This document shows, piece by piece, positions 41,701 through 57,000 of a DNA stretch of 64,000 nt (positions within the stretch are counted from its first letter, which is position 1; the number at the start of each line of letters is the position of its first letter). A program made the translations under genes and the position numbers. Source of the DNA: Eledone cirrhosa. Its lineage: Eukaryota. Under the pieces are notes generated by a model that saw nothing but the letters and a program-made list of their open reading frames with translations, made no database searches and was not told the DNA's origin. The stretch spans positions 19,096,001 to 19,160,000 of the forward strand of contig OZ024744.1 in assembly GCA_964016885.1 (NCBI GenBank). The letters run 5' to 3'.

Positions 41701-44700
41701 CTATGTCTGTGTCACTGTGTATGTCACTGTATGTTTCTGTATGTCTGTCTCACTGTGTATGTCAATGTGTGTTTCTGTATCTCTGTGTCACGGCGTATGT
41801 CACTGTATGTTTGTGTATGTCTGTGTCACTGTGTATGTCACTGTATGTTTCTCTATGTCTGTGTCACTGTGTATGTCACTGTATGTTTCTGTATGTCTGT
41901 GCCACTGTGTATGTCACTGTATGTTTCTGTATGTCTGTGTCACTGTGTATGTCACTGTGAGATTATGTATGTCTGAGGCACTGTGTATGTCACAGTGTGT
42001 TTCTGTATGTCTGTGTCACTGTGTATGTCACTGTATGTTTTTGTATGTCTGTGTCACTGTGAATGCCACTGTATGTTTTTGTATGTCTGTGTCACTGTGT
42101 ATGTCACTGTGTGTTTATGTATGTCTGTGTCACTGTGTATGTCACTGTATCTTTGTGTATGGCTGTGTCACTGTGTATGTCACTGTATGTTGTGTATGTC
42201 TGTGTCATTGTGTATGTCACTCTCTTTTTGTGTATGTCTGTGTCACCGTGTATGTCACTGTATATTTGTGTATGTCTGTGTCACTGTGTATGTCACTGTA
42301 TCTTTGTGTATGTCTGTGTCACCGTGTATGTCACTGTATATTTGTGTATGTCTATGGCACTATGTATGTCATTGTGTGTTTCTGTATGTCTGTGTCACTG
42401 TCTATGTCACTGTATCTTTGTGTATGTATGTGTCACTGCGTATGTCACTGGGTGTTTCTGTATGTCTGTGTCACTGTATATCACTGTATCTTTGTGTATG
42501 TCTGTGTCACCGTGTATGCCATTGTATCTTTGTGTATGTCTATGTCACTGTGTATGTCACTGTATCTTTGTGTATGTCTGTGTCACTGTGTACGTCACTG
42601 TGTGTTTCTGTATGTCTGTGTCAAGGTGTATGTCACTGTATGTTTGTGTATGTCTGTGTCACTGTGTATGTCACTGTGTGTTTCTCAATGTATGTGTCAC
42701 TGTGTATGTCACTGTGTGTTTCTGTATATCTGTGTCTCTGTGTATGTCACTGTATCTGTGTGTATGTCTGTGTCACTGTGTATGTCACTGTATATGTGTG
42801 TATGTCTGTGTCACTGTGTATGTCACTGTGTGTTTCTGTATGTCTGTGTCACTGTGTATGTCACTGTATGTTTGTGTGTGTCTGTGTCACTGTGTATGTC
42901 ACTGTGTGTTTCTCAATGTATGTGTCACTGTGTATGTCACTGTGTGTTTCTGTATATCTGTGTCTCTGTGTATGTCACTGTATCTGTGTGTATGTCTGTG
43001 TCACTGTGTATGTCACTGTGTGTTTTTGTATGTCTGTGTCACTGTGTATGTCACTGTGTTTTTGCGTGTGTCTGTGTCACTGTGTATGTCACTGTGTGTT
43101 TGTGTATGTATGTGTCACTGTGTATGTCACTGTGTGTTTCTGTATGTCTGTGTCGCTGTGTATGTCACTGTGTGTTTCTGTATGTCTGTGTCACTGTGTA
43201 TGTCACTGTATGTTTTTGTATGTCTGTGTCACTGTGTATGTCACTGTATCTTTGTGTATGGCTGTGTCACTGTGTATGTCACTGTGTTTTTGGGTATGTC
43301 TGTGTCACTGTGTATGTCACTGTGTATTTGTGTATGGCTGTGCCACTGTGTATGTCACTGTATGTTTTTGTATGTATGTGTCAGTGCGTATGTCACTGGG
43401 TGTTTCTGTATGTCTGTGTCACTGTGTATGTCACTGTATGTTTTTGTATGTCTGTGTCACTGCGTATGTCACTCTGTGTTTCTGTATGTCTGTGTCACTG
43501 TGTATGTCACTGTATATTTGTGTATGTCTGTGTCACTGTGTATGTCACTGTATATTTGTGTATGTCTGTGTCACCGTGTATGTCACTGTATATTTGTGTA
43601 TGTCTATGGCACTATGTATGTCATTGTGGGTTTCTGTATGTCTGTGTCACTGTCTATGTCACTGTATCTTTGTGTATGTATGTGTCAGTGCGTATGTCAC
43701 TGGGTGTTTCTGTATGTCCGTGTCACTCTGTATATCACTGTATCTTTGTGTATGTCTGTGTCACCGTGTATGCCATTGTATCTTTGTGTATGTCTATGTC
43801 AATGTGTATGTCACTGTATCTTTGTGTATGTCTGTGTCACTGTGTATGTCACTGTGTGTTTGTGTATGTCTGTGTCAAGGTGTATGTCACTGTATGTTTG
43901 TGTATATCTGTGTCACTGTGTATGTCACTGTGAGATTATGTATGTCTGAGGCACTGTGTATGTCACAGTGTGTTTCTGTATGTCTGTGTCACTGTGTATG
44001 TCACTGTATGTCTCTGTATGTCTGTGTCACTGTATCGTTGTGTATGTCTGTGTAACTGTGTATGTCACTGTGTGTTTCTCAATGTATGTGTCACTGTGTA
44101 TGTCACTGTGTGTTTCTGTATGTATGTGTCTCTATGTATGTCACTGTATCTTTGTGTATGTCTGTGTCTCTGTTTATGTCACTGGGTGTTTCTGTATGTC
44201 TGTGTCACTGTGTATGTCACTGTGTGTTTCTGTATATCTGTGGCTCTGTGTATGTCACTGTATCTGTGTGTATGTCTGTGTCACTGTGTATGTCACTGTA
44301 TATGTGTGTATGTGTGTGTCATTGTGTATGTCACTGTGTGTTTCTGTATGTATGTGTCACTGTGTATGTAACTGTATATTGTGTATGTTTGTGTCACTGT
44401 GTATGACACTGTCTGTTTATGTATGTCTGTGTCACTGTTTGTGTCACTGTGTGTTTCTGTATGCCTGTGTCTCTGTGTATGTCAATGTATCTTTGTATAT
44501 GTCTGTGTCACGGCGTATGTCACTGTATGTTTGTGTATGTCTGTGTCACTGTGCATATCACTGTATGTTTGTGTATGCCTGTGTCACTGTGTATGTCACC
44601 CTATGTTTGTCTATGTCTGTGTCACTGTGTATGTCACTGTATGTTTCTGTATGTCTGTGTCACTGTGTATGTCAATGTGTGTTTCTGTATCTCTGTGTCA

Positions 44701-45040
44701 CGGCGTATGTCACTGTATGTTTGTGTACGTCTGTGTCACTGTGTATGTCACTGTATGTTTCTCTATGTCTGTGTCACTGTGTATGTCACTGTATGTTTCT
44801 GTATGTCTGTGCCACTGTGTATGTCACTGTATGTTTCTGTATGTCGGTGTCACTGTGTATGTCACTGTATGTTTCTCTATGTCTGTGTCACTATGTATGT
44901 AACTGTATGTTTGTGTATGTCTGTGTCACTGTGTATGTCACTGTATGTTTGTGTATGTCTGTGTCACTGTCTATGTCACTGTGTGTTTCTGTATGTCTGT
45001 GTCATTGTGTATGTCACTGTATGTTTCTGTATGTCTGTGT

Positions 45041-45083
45041 CACTGTGTATATCACTGTGTATATCACTGTGTATATCACTGTG
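45041..45083. repeat. Nested expansion of the 12-bp subunit CACTGTGTATAT within a monomer
   Basis: The sequence reads cactgtgtatat cactgtgtatat cactgtgtatat cactgtg. Paralogous sites at about 34367, 37491, 50752 and 55263 carry one copy fewer. Confidence 0.9.
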
Positions 45084-48000
45084 TGTTCCTGTATGTCTGT
45101 GTCACTGTGTATGTCACTGTATCTTTGTGTATGTATGTGTCACCGTGGATGTCACTGTATCTCTGTGTATGTCTGTGTCACTGTCAATGTCACTGTATCT
45201 TTGTGTATGTCTGTGTCACTGTGTATGTCACTGTGTGTTTGTGTATGCATGTGTCACTGTGTATGTCACTGGGTGTTTCTGTGTGTCTGTGTCACTCTGT
45301 ATGTCACTGTATCTTTGTGTATGTCTGTGTCACCGTGTATGTCACTGTATCTTTGTGTATGCATGTGTCACTGTGTATGTCACTTTGTGTTTCTGTATGT
45401 CTGTGTCACGGTGTATGTCACTGTATGTTTGTGTATGTCTGTGTCACTGTGTATGTCATTGTGAGTTTCTGTATGTATGTGTCACTGTGTATGTCACTGT
45501 GTGTTTCTGTATGTCTGTGTCACTGTGTATGTCACTGTATCTTTGTGTATGTCTGTGTCACTGTGTATGTCACTGTGTGTTTCTGTATGTCTGTGTCACT
45601 GTGTATGTCATTGTGTGTTTCTGTATGCCTGTGTCTGTGTATGTCACTGTATCTTTGTGTATGTCTGAGTCACGGTGTATGTCACTGTATGTTTGTGTAT
45701 GCCTGTGTCACTCTTATATCAATGAATGTTTCTGTATGTCTATGTCTCTGTGTATGTCACTGTATCTTTGTGTATGTCTGTGGCACTCTGTATGTCATTG
45801 TGTGTTTCTGTATGTCTGTGTCACTGTCTATGTCACTGTATCTTTGTGTATGTCTGTGTCACTGTGTATGTCACTGTGTGTTTGTGTATGCCTGTGTCAC
45901 TGTGTATGTCACTGTGTGTTTCTGTATGTCTGTGTCACTGTGTATGTCACTGGGTGTTTCTCTATGTCTGTGTCACTTTGTATGTCACTGTATCTTTGTG
46001 TATGTATGTGTCACTGTGTATGTCCCTGTATCTTTGTGTATGTCTGTGTCACCGTGTATGTCACTGTATCTTTGTGTATGTATGTGTCACTGTGTAAGTC
46101 ATTGTATCTTTGTGTATGTCTGTGTCACCGTGTATGCCATTGTATCTTTGTGTATGTCTATGTCACTGTGTATGTCACTGTATCTTTGTGTATGTCTGTG
46201 TCACTGTGTATGTCACTGTGTGTTTCTGTATGTCTGTGTCAAGGTGTATGTCACTGTATGTTTGTGTATGTCTGTGTCACTCTGTATGTCACTGTGAGAT
46301 TATGTATGTCTGAGGCACTGTGTATGTCACAGTGTGTTTCTGTATGTCTGTGTCACTGTGTATGTCACTGTATGTCTCTGTGTGTCTGTGTCACTGTCTA
46401 TATCACTGTATCGTTGTGAATGTCTGTGTAACTGTGTATGTCACTGTGTGTTTCTCAATGTATGTGTCACTGTGTATGTCACTGTGTGTTTCTGTATATA
46501 TGTGTCTCTGTGTATGTCACTGTATCTGTGTGTATGTCTGTGTCACTGTGTATGTCACTGTATATGTGTGTATGTCTGTGTCACTGTGTATGTCACTGTG
46601 TGTTTCTGTATGTCTGTGTCACTGTGTATGTCACTGTATGTTTGTGTGTGTCTGTGTCACTGTGTATGTCACTGTGTTTTTGCGTGTGTCTGTGTCACTG
46701 TGTGTGTCACTGTGTATGTCACTGTGTGTTTCTGTATGTCTGTGTCGCTGTGTATGTCACTGTGTGTTTCTGTATGTCTGTGTCACTGTGTATGTCACTG
46801 TATGTTTTTGTATGTCTGTGTCACTGTGAATGCCACTGTATTTTTGTGTATGTCTGTGTCACTGTGTGTGTCACTGTGTATGTCACTGTATGCTTCTGTA
46901 TGTCTGTGTCACTGTGTATGTCACTGTGTGTTTCTGTATGTCTATGTCACTGTGTATGTCACTGTATGTTTTTGTATGTCTGTGTCACTGTGTATGTCAC
47001 TGTATGTTTTTGTATGTCTGTGTCACTGTGTATGTCACTGTGTGTTTATGTATGTCTGTGTCACTGTGTATGTCACTGTATCTTTGTGTATGGCTGTGTC
47101 ACTGTGTATGTCACTGTGTTTTGGGGTATGTCTGTGTCACTGTGTATTTGTGTATGGCTGTGCCACTGTGTATGTCACTGTATGTTTGTGTATGTATGTG
47201 TCAGTGCGTATGTCACTGGGTGTTTCTGTATGTCTGTGTCACTGTGTATGTCACTGTATGTTTTTGTATGTCTGTGTCACTGTGTATGTCACTGTGTGTT
47301 TTTGTATGTCTGTGTCACTGTGTATGTCACTGTGTGTTTATGTATGTCTGTATCACTGTGTATGTCACTGTATCTTTGTGTATGGCTGTGTCACTGTGTA
47401 TGTCACTGTATGTTTGTGTGTGTCTGTGTCACTGTGTATGTCACTCTGTGTTTCTCTATGTCTGTGTCACTGTGTATGTCACTGTACTTTTGTGTATGTC
47501 TGTGTCACCGTGTATGTCACTGTATATTTGTGTATGTCTGTGTCACTGTGTATGTCACTGTATCTTTGTGTATGTCTGTGTCACCGTGTATGTCACTGTA
47601 TATTTGTGTATGTCTGTGGCACTATGTATGTCATTGTGTGTTTCTGTATGTCTGTGTCACTGTCTATGTCACTGTATCTTTGTGTATGTCTGTGTCACTG
47701 TGTATGTCACTGTGTTTTTGCGTGTGTCTGTGTCACTGTGTATGTCACTGTGTGTTTGTGTATGTATGTGTCACTGTGTATGTCACTGTGTGTTTCTGTA
47801 TGTCTGTGTCACTGCGTATGTCACTGTGTGTTTCTGTATGTCTGTGTCACTGTGTATGTCACTGTATGTTTGTGTGTGTCTGTGTCACTGTGTATGTCAC
47901 TGTGTTTTTGCGTGTGTCTGTGTCACTGTGTATGCCACTGTGTGTTTGTGTATGTATGTGTCACTGTGTATGTCACTGTGTGTTTCTGTATGTCTGCGTC

Positions 48001-51000
48001 GCTGTGTATGTCACTGTGTGTTTCTGTATGTCTGTGTCACTGTGTATGTCACTGTATGTTTTTGTATGTCTGTGTCACTGTGAATGCCACTGTATTTTTG
48101 TGTATGTCTGTGTCACTGTGTGTGTCAATGTGTATGTCACTGTATGCTTCTGTATGTCTGTGTCACTGTGTATGTCACTGTATGTTTTTGTATGTCTGTG
48201 TCACTGTGTATGTCACTGTGTGTTTATGTATGTCTGTGTCAGTGTGTATGTCACTGTATCTTTGTGTATGGCTGTGTCACTGTGTATGTCACTGTGTGTT
48301 TGGGTATGTCTGTGTCACTGTGTATTTGTGTATGGCCGTGCCACTGTGTATGTCACTGTATGTTGTGTATGTCTGTGCCACTGTGTATGTCACTGTATTT
48401 TTGTGTATGTCTGTGTCACCGTGTATGTCACTGTATATTTGTGTATGTCTGTGTCACTGTGTATGTCACTGTATCTTTGTGTATGTCTGTGTCACCGTGT
48501 ATGTCACTGTATATTTGTGTATGTCTATGGCACTATGTATGTCATTGTGTGTTTCTGTATGTCTGTGTCACTGTCTATGTCACTGTATCTTTGTGTATGT
48601 ATGTGTCACTGCGTATGTCACTGGGTGTTTCTGTATGTCTGTGTCACTGTATATCACTGTATCTTTGTGTATGTCTGTGTCACCGTGTATGCCATTGCAT
48701 CTTTGTGTATGTCTATGTCACTGTGTATGTCACTGTATCTTTGTGTATGTCTGTGTCACTGTGTACGTCACTGTGTGTTTCTGTATGTCTGTGTCAAGGT
48801 GTATGTCACTGTATGTTTGTGTATGTCTGTGTCACTGTGTATGTCACTGTGTGTTTCTCAATGTATGTGTCACTGTGTATGTCACTGTGTGTTTCTGTAT
48901 ATCTGTGTCTCTGTGTATGTCACTGTATCTGTGTGTATGTCTGTGTCACTGAGTATGTCACTGTATATGTGTGTATGACTGTGTCACTGTGTATGTCACT
49001 GTGTGTTTCTGTATGTCTGTGTCACTGTGTATGTCACTGTATGTTTGTGTGTGTCTGTGTCACTGTGTATGTCACTGTGTTTTTGCGTGTGTCTGTGTCA
49101 CTGTGTATGTCACTGTGTGTTTGTGTATGTATGTGTCACTGTGTATGTCACTGTGTGTTTCTGTATGTCTGTGTCGCTGTGTATGTCACTGTGTGTTTCT
49201 GTATGTCTGTGTCACTGTGTATGTCACTGTGTATGTCACTGTATGTTTTTGTATGTCTGTGTCACTGTGAATGCCATTGTATTTTTGTGTATGTCTGTGT
49301 CACTGTGTGTGTCACTGTGTATGTCACTGTATGCTTCTGTATGTCTGTGTCACTGTGTATGTCACTGTGTGTTTCTGTATGTCTGTGTCACTGTGTATGT
49401 TACTGTATGTTTTTGTATGTCTGTGTCACTGTGTATGTCACTGTATCTTTGTGTATGTCTGTGTCACCGTGTATGCCATTGTATCTTTGTGTATGTCTAT
49501 GTCACTGTGTATGTCACTGTATCTTTGTGTATGTCTGTGTCACTGTGTATGTCACTGTGTGTTTGTGTATGTCTGTGTCAAGGTGTATGTCACTGTATGT
49601 TTGTGTATGTCTGTGTCACTGTGTATGTCACTGTGAGATTATGTATGTCTGAGGCACTGTGTATGTCACAGTGTGTTTCTGTATGTATGTGTCACTGTGT
49701 ATGTCTGTGTCTCTGTATGTCTGTGTCACTGTCTATGTCACTGTATCGTTGTGTATGTCTGTGTCACTGTGTATGTCACTGTGTGTTTCTCAATGTATGT
49801 GTCACTGTGTATGTCACTGTGTGTTTCTGTATGTATGTGTCTCTATGTATGTCACTGTATCTTTGTGTATGTCTGTGTCTCTGTGTATGTCACTGGGTGT
49901 TTCTGTATGTTTGTGTCACTGTGTATGTCACTGTGTGTTTCTGTATATCTGTGTCTCTGTGTATGTCACTGTATCTGTGTGTATGTCTGTGTCACTGTGT
50001 ATGTCACTGTATATGTGTGTATGTGTGTGTCATTGTGTATGTCACTGTGTGTTTCTGTATGTATGTGTCACTGTGTATGTAACTGTATATTGTGTATGTT
50101 TGTGTCACTGTGTATGTCACTGTCTGTTTATGTATGTCTGTGTCACTGTTTGTGTCACTGTGTGTTTCTGTATGCCTGTGTCTCTGTGTATGTCAATGTG
50201 TCTTTGTATATGTCTGTGTCACGGCGTATGTCACTGTATGTTTGTGTATGTCTGTGTCACTGTGTATATCACTGTATGTTTGTGTATGCCTGTGTCACTG
50301 TGTATGTCACCCTATGTTTGTCTATGTCTGTGTCACTGTGTATGTCACTGTATGTTTCTGTATGTCTGTGTAACTGTGTATGTCAATGTGTGTTTCTGTA
50401 TCTCTGTGTCACGGCGTATGTCACTGTATGTTTGTGTATGTCTGTGTCACTGTGTATGTCACTGTATGTTTCTCTATGTCTGTGTCACTGTGTATGTCAC
50501 TGTATGTTTCTGTATGTCTGTGCCACTGTGTATGTCACTGTATGTTTCTGTATGTCGGTGTCACTGTGTATGTCACTGTATGTTTCTCTATGTCTGTGTC
50601 ACTATGTATGTAACTGTATGTTTGTGTATGTCTGTGTCACTGTGTATGTGACTGTATGTTTGTGTATGTCTGTGTCACTGTCTATGTCACTGTGTGTTTC
50701 TGTATGTCTGTGTCATTGTGTATGTCACTGTATGTTTCTGTATGTCTGTGTCACTGTGTATATCACTGTGTATATCACTGTGTGTTCCTGTATGTCTGTG
50801 TCACTGTGTATGTCACTGTATCTTTGTGTATGTATGTGTCACCGTGGATGTCACTGTATCTCTGTGTATGTCTGTGTCACTGTCAATGTCACTGTATCTT
50901 TGTGTATGTCTGTGTCACTGTGTATGTCACTGTGTGTTTGTGTATGCATGTGTCATTGTGTATGTCACTGGGTGTTTCTGTGTGTCTGTGTCACTTTGTA

Positions 51001-54000
51001 TGTCACTGTATCTTTGTGTATGTCTGTGTCACCGTGTATGTCACTGTATCTTTGTGTATGCATGTGTCACTGTGTATGTCACTTTGTGTTTCTGTATGTC
51101 TGTGTCACGGTGTATGTCACTGTATGTTTGTGTATGTCTGTGTCACTGTGTATGTCATTGTGAGTTTCTGTATGTATGTGTCACTGTGTATGTCACTGTG
51201 TGTTTCTGTATGTCTGTGTCACTGTGTATGTCACTGTTTCTTTGTGTATGTCTGTGTCACTGTGTATGTCACTGTGTGTTTCTGTATGTCTGTGTCACTG
51301 TGTATGTCATTGTGTGTTTCTGTATGCCTGTGTCTGTGTATGTCACTGTATCTTTGTGTATGTCTGTGTCACGGTGCATGTCACTGTATGTTTGTGTATG
51401 CCTGTGTCACTCTTATATCAATGAATGTTTCTGTATGTCTATGTCTCTGTGTATGTCACTGTATCTTTGTGTATGTCTGTGGCACTCTGTATGTCATTGT
51501 GTGTTTCTGTATGTCTGTGTCACTGTCTATGTCACTGTATCTTTGTGTATGTCTGTGTCACTGTGTATGTCACTGTGTGTTTGTGTATGCCTGTGTCACT
51601 GTGTATGTCACTGTGTGTTTCTGTATGCCTGTGTCACTGTGTATGTCACTGGGTGTTTCTCTATGTCTGTGTTACTTTGTATGTCACTGTATCTTTGTGT
51701 ATGTATGTGTCACTGTGTATGTCCCTGTATCTTTGTGTATGTCTGTGTCACCGTGTATGTCACTGTATCTTTGTGTATGTATGTGGCACTCTGTATGTCA
51801 CTGTGTGTTTCTATATGTCTGTGTCACTGTCTATGTCACTGTATCTTTGTGTATGTATGTGTCACTGTGTATGTCACTGTGTGTTTCTGTATGTCTGTGT
51901 CTCTGTGTATGTCACTGTATCTCTGTGTATGTCTGTGTCACTGTGTATGTCACTGTGTGTTTGTGTATGCCTGTGTGACTGTGTATTTCACTGTTTGTTT
52001 CTTTATGTATGTGTCACTGTGTATGTCACTGTGTGTTTCTGTATGTCTGTGTCACTGTATATCACTGTATCTTTGTGTATGTCTGTGTCACCGTGTATGC
52101 CATTGTATCTTTGTGTATGTCTATGTCACTGTATCTTTGTGTATGTCTGTGTCACTGTGTACGTCACTGTGTGTTTTTGTATGTCTGTGTCAAGGTGTAT
52201 GTCACTGTATGTTTGTGTCACTGTGTATGTCACTGTGTGTTTCTCAATGTATGTGTCACTGTGTATGTCACTGTGTGTTTCTGTATATCTGTGTCTCTGT
52301 GTATGTCACTGTATCTGTGTGTATGTCTGTGTCACTGTGTATGTCACTGTATATGTGTGTATGTCTGTGTCACTGTGTATGTCACTGTGTGTTTCTGTAT
52401 GTCTGTGTCACTGTGTATGTCACTGTATGTTTGTGTGTGTCTGTGTCACTGTATGTCACTGTGTTTTTGCGTGTGTCTGTGTCACTGTGTATGTCACTGT
52501 GTGTTTGTGTATGTATGTGTCACTGTGTATGTCACTGTGTGTTTCTGTATGTCTGTGTCGCTGTGTATGTCACTGTGTGTTTCTGTATGTCTGTGTCACT
52601 GTGTATGTCACTGTATGTTTTTGTATGTCTGTGTCACTGTGAATGCCACTGTATTTTTGTGTATGTCTGTGTCACTGTGTGTGTCACTGTGTATGTCACT
52701 GTATGCTTCTGTATGTCTGTGTCACTGTGTATGTCACTGTGTGTTTCTGTATGTCTGTGTCACTGTGTATGTCACTGTATGTTTTTGTATGTCTGTGTCA
52801 CTGTGTATGTCACTGTATGTTTTTGTATGTCTGTGTCACTGTGTATGTCACTGTGTGTTTATGTATGTCTGTGTCACTGTGTATGTCACTGTATCTTTGT
52901 GTATGGCTGTGTCACTGTGTATGTCACTGTGTTTTTGGGTATGTCTGTGTCACTGTGTATGTCACTGTGTATTTGTGTATGGCTGTGCCTCTGTGTATGT
53001 CACTGTATGTTTTTGTATGTATGTGTCAGTGCGTATGTCACTGGGTGTTTCTGTATGTCTGTGTCACTCTGTTTGTCACTGTATGTTTTTGTATGTCTGT
53101 GTCACTGTGTATGTCACTCTGTGTTTCTCTATGTCTGTGTCACTGTGTATGTCACTGTATATTTGTGTATGTCTGTGTCACTGTGTATGTCACTGTATAT
53201 TTGTGTATGTCTGTGTCACTGTGTATGTCACTGTATATTTGTGTATGTCTGTGTCAGCGTGTATGTCACTGTATATTTGTGTATGTCTATGGCACTATGT
53301 ATGTCATTGTGTGTTTCTGTATGTCTGTGTCACTGTCTATGTCACTGTATCTTTGTGTATGTATGTGTCAGTGCGTATGTCACTGGGTGTTTCTGTATGT
53401 CTGTGTCACTCTGTATATCACTGTATCTTTGTGTATGTCTGTGTCACCGTGTATGCCATCGTATCTTTGTGTATGTCTATGTCACTGTGTATGTCATTGT
53501 ATCTTTGTGTATGTCTGTGTCACTGTGTATGTCACTGTGTGTTTGTGTATGTCTGTGTCAAGGTGTATGTCACTGTATGTTTGTGTATGTCTGTGTCACT
53601 GTGTATGTCACTGTGAGATTATGTATGTCTGAGGCACTGTGTATGTCACAGTATGTTTCTGTATGTCTGTGTCACTGTGTATGTCACTGTATGTCTCTGT
53701 ATGTCTGTGTCACTGTCTATGTCACTGTATCGTTGTGTATGTCTGTGTCACTGTGTATGTCACTGTGTGTTTCTCAATGTATGTGTCACTGTGTATGTCA
53801 CTGTGTGTTTCTGTATGTCTGTGTCTCTATGTATGTCACTGTATCTTTGTGTATGTCTGTGTCTCTGTGTATGTCACTGGGTGTTTCTGTATGTCTGTGT
53901 CACTGTGTATGTCACTGTGTGTTTCTGTATATCTGTGTCTCTGTGTATGTCACTGTATCTGTGTGTATGTCTGTGTCACTGTGTATGCCACTGTATATGT

Positions 54001-57000
54001 GTGTATGTGTGTGTCATTGTGTATGTCACTGTGTGTTTCTGTATGTATGTGTCACTGTGTATGTAACTGTATATTGTGTATGTTTGTGTCACTGTGTATG
54101 TCACTGTCTGTTTATGTATGTCTGTGTCACTGTTTGTGTCACTGTGTGTTTCTGTATGCCTGTGTCTCTGTGTATGTCAATGTGTCTTTGTATATGTCTG
54201 TGTCACGGCGTATGTCACTGTATGTTTGTGTATGTCTGTGTCACTGTGTATATCACTGTATGTTTGTGTATGCCTGTGTCACTGTGTATGTCACCCTATG
54301 TTTGTCTATGTATCGTTGTGTATGTCTGTGTCACTGTGTATGTCACTGTGTGTTTCTCAATGTATGTGTCACTGTGTATGTCACTGTGTGTTTCTGTATG
54401 TATGTGTCTCTATGTATGTCACTGTATCTTTGTGTATGTCTGTGTCTCTGTGTATGTCACTGGGTGTTTCTGTATGTCTGTGTCACTGTGTATGTCACTG
54501 TGTGTTTCTGTATATCTGTGGCTCTGTGTATGTCACTGTATCTGTGTGTATGTCAATGTGTGTTTCTGTATGTATGTGTCACTGTGTATGTAACTGTATA
54601 TTGTGTATGTTTGTGTCACTGTGTATGTCACTGTCTGTTTATGTATGTCTGTGTCACTGTTTGTGTCACTGTGTGTTTCTGTATGCCTGTGTCTCTGTGT
54701 ATGTCAATGTGTCTTTGTATATGTCTGTGTCACGGCGTATGTCACTGTATGTTTGTGTATGTCTGTGTCACTGTGCATATCACTGTATGTTTGTGTATGC
54801 CTGTGTCACTGTGTATGTCACCCTATGTTTGTCTATGTCTGTGTCACTGTGTATGTCACTGTATGTTTCTGTATGTCTGTGTCACTGTGTATGTCAATGT
54901 GTGTTTCTGTATCTCTGTGTCACGGCGTATGACACTGTATGTTTGTGTATGTCTGTGTCACTGTGTATGTCACTGTATGTTTCTCTATGTCTGTGTCACT
55001 GTGTATGTCACTGTATGTTTCTGTATGTCTGTGCCACTGTGTATGTCACTGTATGTTTCTGTATGTCGGTGTCACTGTGTATGTCACTGTATGTTTCTCT
55101 ATGTCTGTGTCACTATGTATGTAACTGTATGTTTGTGTATGTCTGTGTCACTGTGTATGTGACTGTATGTTTGTGTATGTCTGTGTCACTGTCTATGTCA
55201 CTGTGTGTTTCTGTATGTCTGTGTCATTGTGTATGTCACTGTATGTTTCTGTATGTCTGTGTCACTGTGTATATCACTGTGTATATCACTGTGTGTTCCT
55301 GTATGTCTGTGTCACTGTGTATGTCACTGTATCTTTGTGTATGTATGTGTCACCGTGGATGTCACTGTATCTCTGTGTATGTCTGTGTCACTGTGTATGT
55401 CACTGTGTGTTTGTGTATGCATGTGTCACTGTGTATGTCACTGGGTGTTTCTGTGTGTCTGTGTCACTCTGTATGTCACTGTATCTTTGTGTATGTCTGT
55501 GTCACCGTGTATGTCACTGTATCTTTGTGTATGTATGTGTCACTGTGTATGTCACTTTGTGTTTCTGTATGTCTGTGTCACGGTGTATGTCACTGTATGT
55601 TTGTGTATGTCTGTGTCACTGTGTATGTCATTGTGAGTTTCTGTATGTATGTGTCACTGTGTATGTCACTGTGTGTTTCTGTATGTCTGTGTCACTGTGT
55701 ATGTCACTGTATCTTTGTGTATGTATGTGTCACTGTGTATGTCACTGTGTGTTTCTGTATGTCTGTGTCACTGTGTATGTCATTGTGTGTTTCTGTATGC
55801 CTGTGTCTGTGTATGTCACTGTATCTTTGTGTATGTCTGAGTCACGGTGTATGTCACTGTATGTTTGTGTATGCCTGTGTCACTCTTATATCAATGAATG
55901 TTTCTGTATGTCTATGTCTCTGTGTATGTCACTGTATCTTTGTGTATGTCTGTGGCACTCTGTATGTCATTGTGTGTTTCTGTATGTCTGTGTCACTGTC
56001 TATGTCACTGTATCTTTGTGTATGTCTGTGTCACTGTGTATGTCACTGTGTGTTTGTGTATGCCTGTGTCACTGTGTATGTCACTGTGTGTTTCTGTATG
56101 TCTGTGTCACTGTGTATGTCACTGGGTGTTTCTCTATGTCTGTGTCACTTTGTATGTCACTGTATCTTTGTGTATGTATGTGTCACTGCGTATGTCCCTG
56201 TATCTTTGTGTATGTCTGTGTCACCGTGTATGTCACTGTATCTTTGTGTATGTATGTGTCACTGTGTAAGTCATTGTATCTTTGTGTATGTCTGTGGCAC
56301 TCTGTATGTCACTGTGTGTTTCTATATGTCTGTGTCACTGTCTATGTCACTGTATCTTTGTGAATGTATGTGTCACTGTGTATGTCACTGTGTGTTTCTG
56401 TATGTCTGTGTCTCTGTGTATGTCACTGTATCTCTGTGTATGTCTGTGTCACTGTGTATGTCACTGTGTGTTTGTGTATGCCTGTGTGACTGTGTATTTC
56501 ACTGTTTGTTTCTTTATGTATGTGTCACTGTGTATGTCACTGTGTGTTTCTGTATGTCTGTGTCTCTGTGTATGTCACTGTATCTCTGTGTATGTCTGTG
56601 TCACTGTGTATGTTACTGTGTGTTTATGTATGTCTGTGTCACTGTGTATGTCATTGTGTGTTTCTGTATGCCTGTGTCTGTGTATGTCACTGTATCTTTG
56701 TGTATGTCTGTGTCACCGTGTATGTCACTGTATATTTGTGTATGTCTATGGCACTATGTATGTCATTGTGTGTTTCTGTATGTCTGTGTCACTGTCTATG
56801 TCACTGTATCTTTGTGTATGTATGTGTCACTGCGTATGTCACTGGGTGTTTCTGTATGTCTGTGTCACTGTATATCACTGTATCTTTGTGTATGTCTGTG
56901 TCACCGTGTATGCCATTGTATCTTTGTGTATGTCTATGTCACTGTGTATGTCACTGTATCTTTGTGTATGTCTGTGTCACTGTGTACGTCACTGTGTGTT

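Larger units (their letters stand above)
29130..49430. repeat. Long-range paralogous blocks of about 3.3 kb (about 29130-32480 vs about 46115-49430, offset about 16.95-16.99 kb)
   Basis: ORF pairs 29335/46320, 29349/46334, 29845..31098/46830..48083 and 31099/48084 are offset by 16985. Shared rare variants include tcgttgtgaatg, ttttggggtatg, tgtacttttg and ctgcgtcgctg. The offset drops by one monomer (38 bp) after about 31200. Confidence 0.88.
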
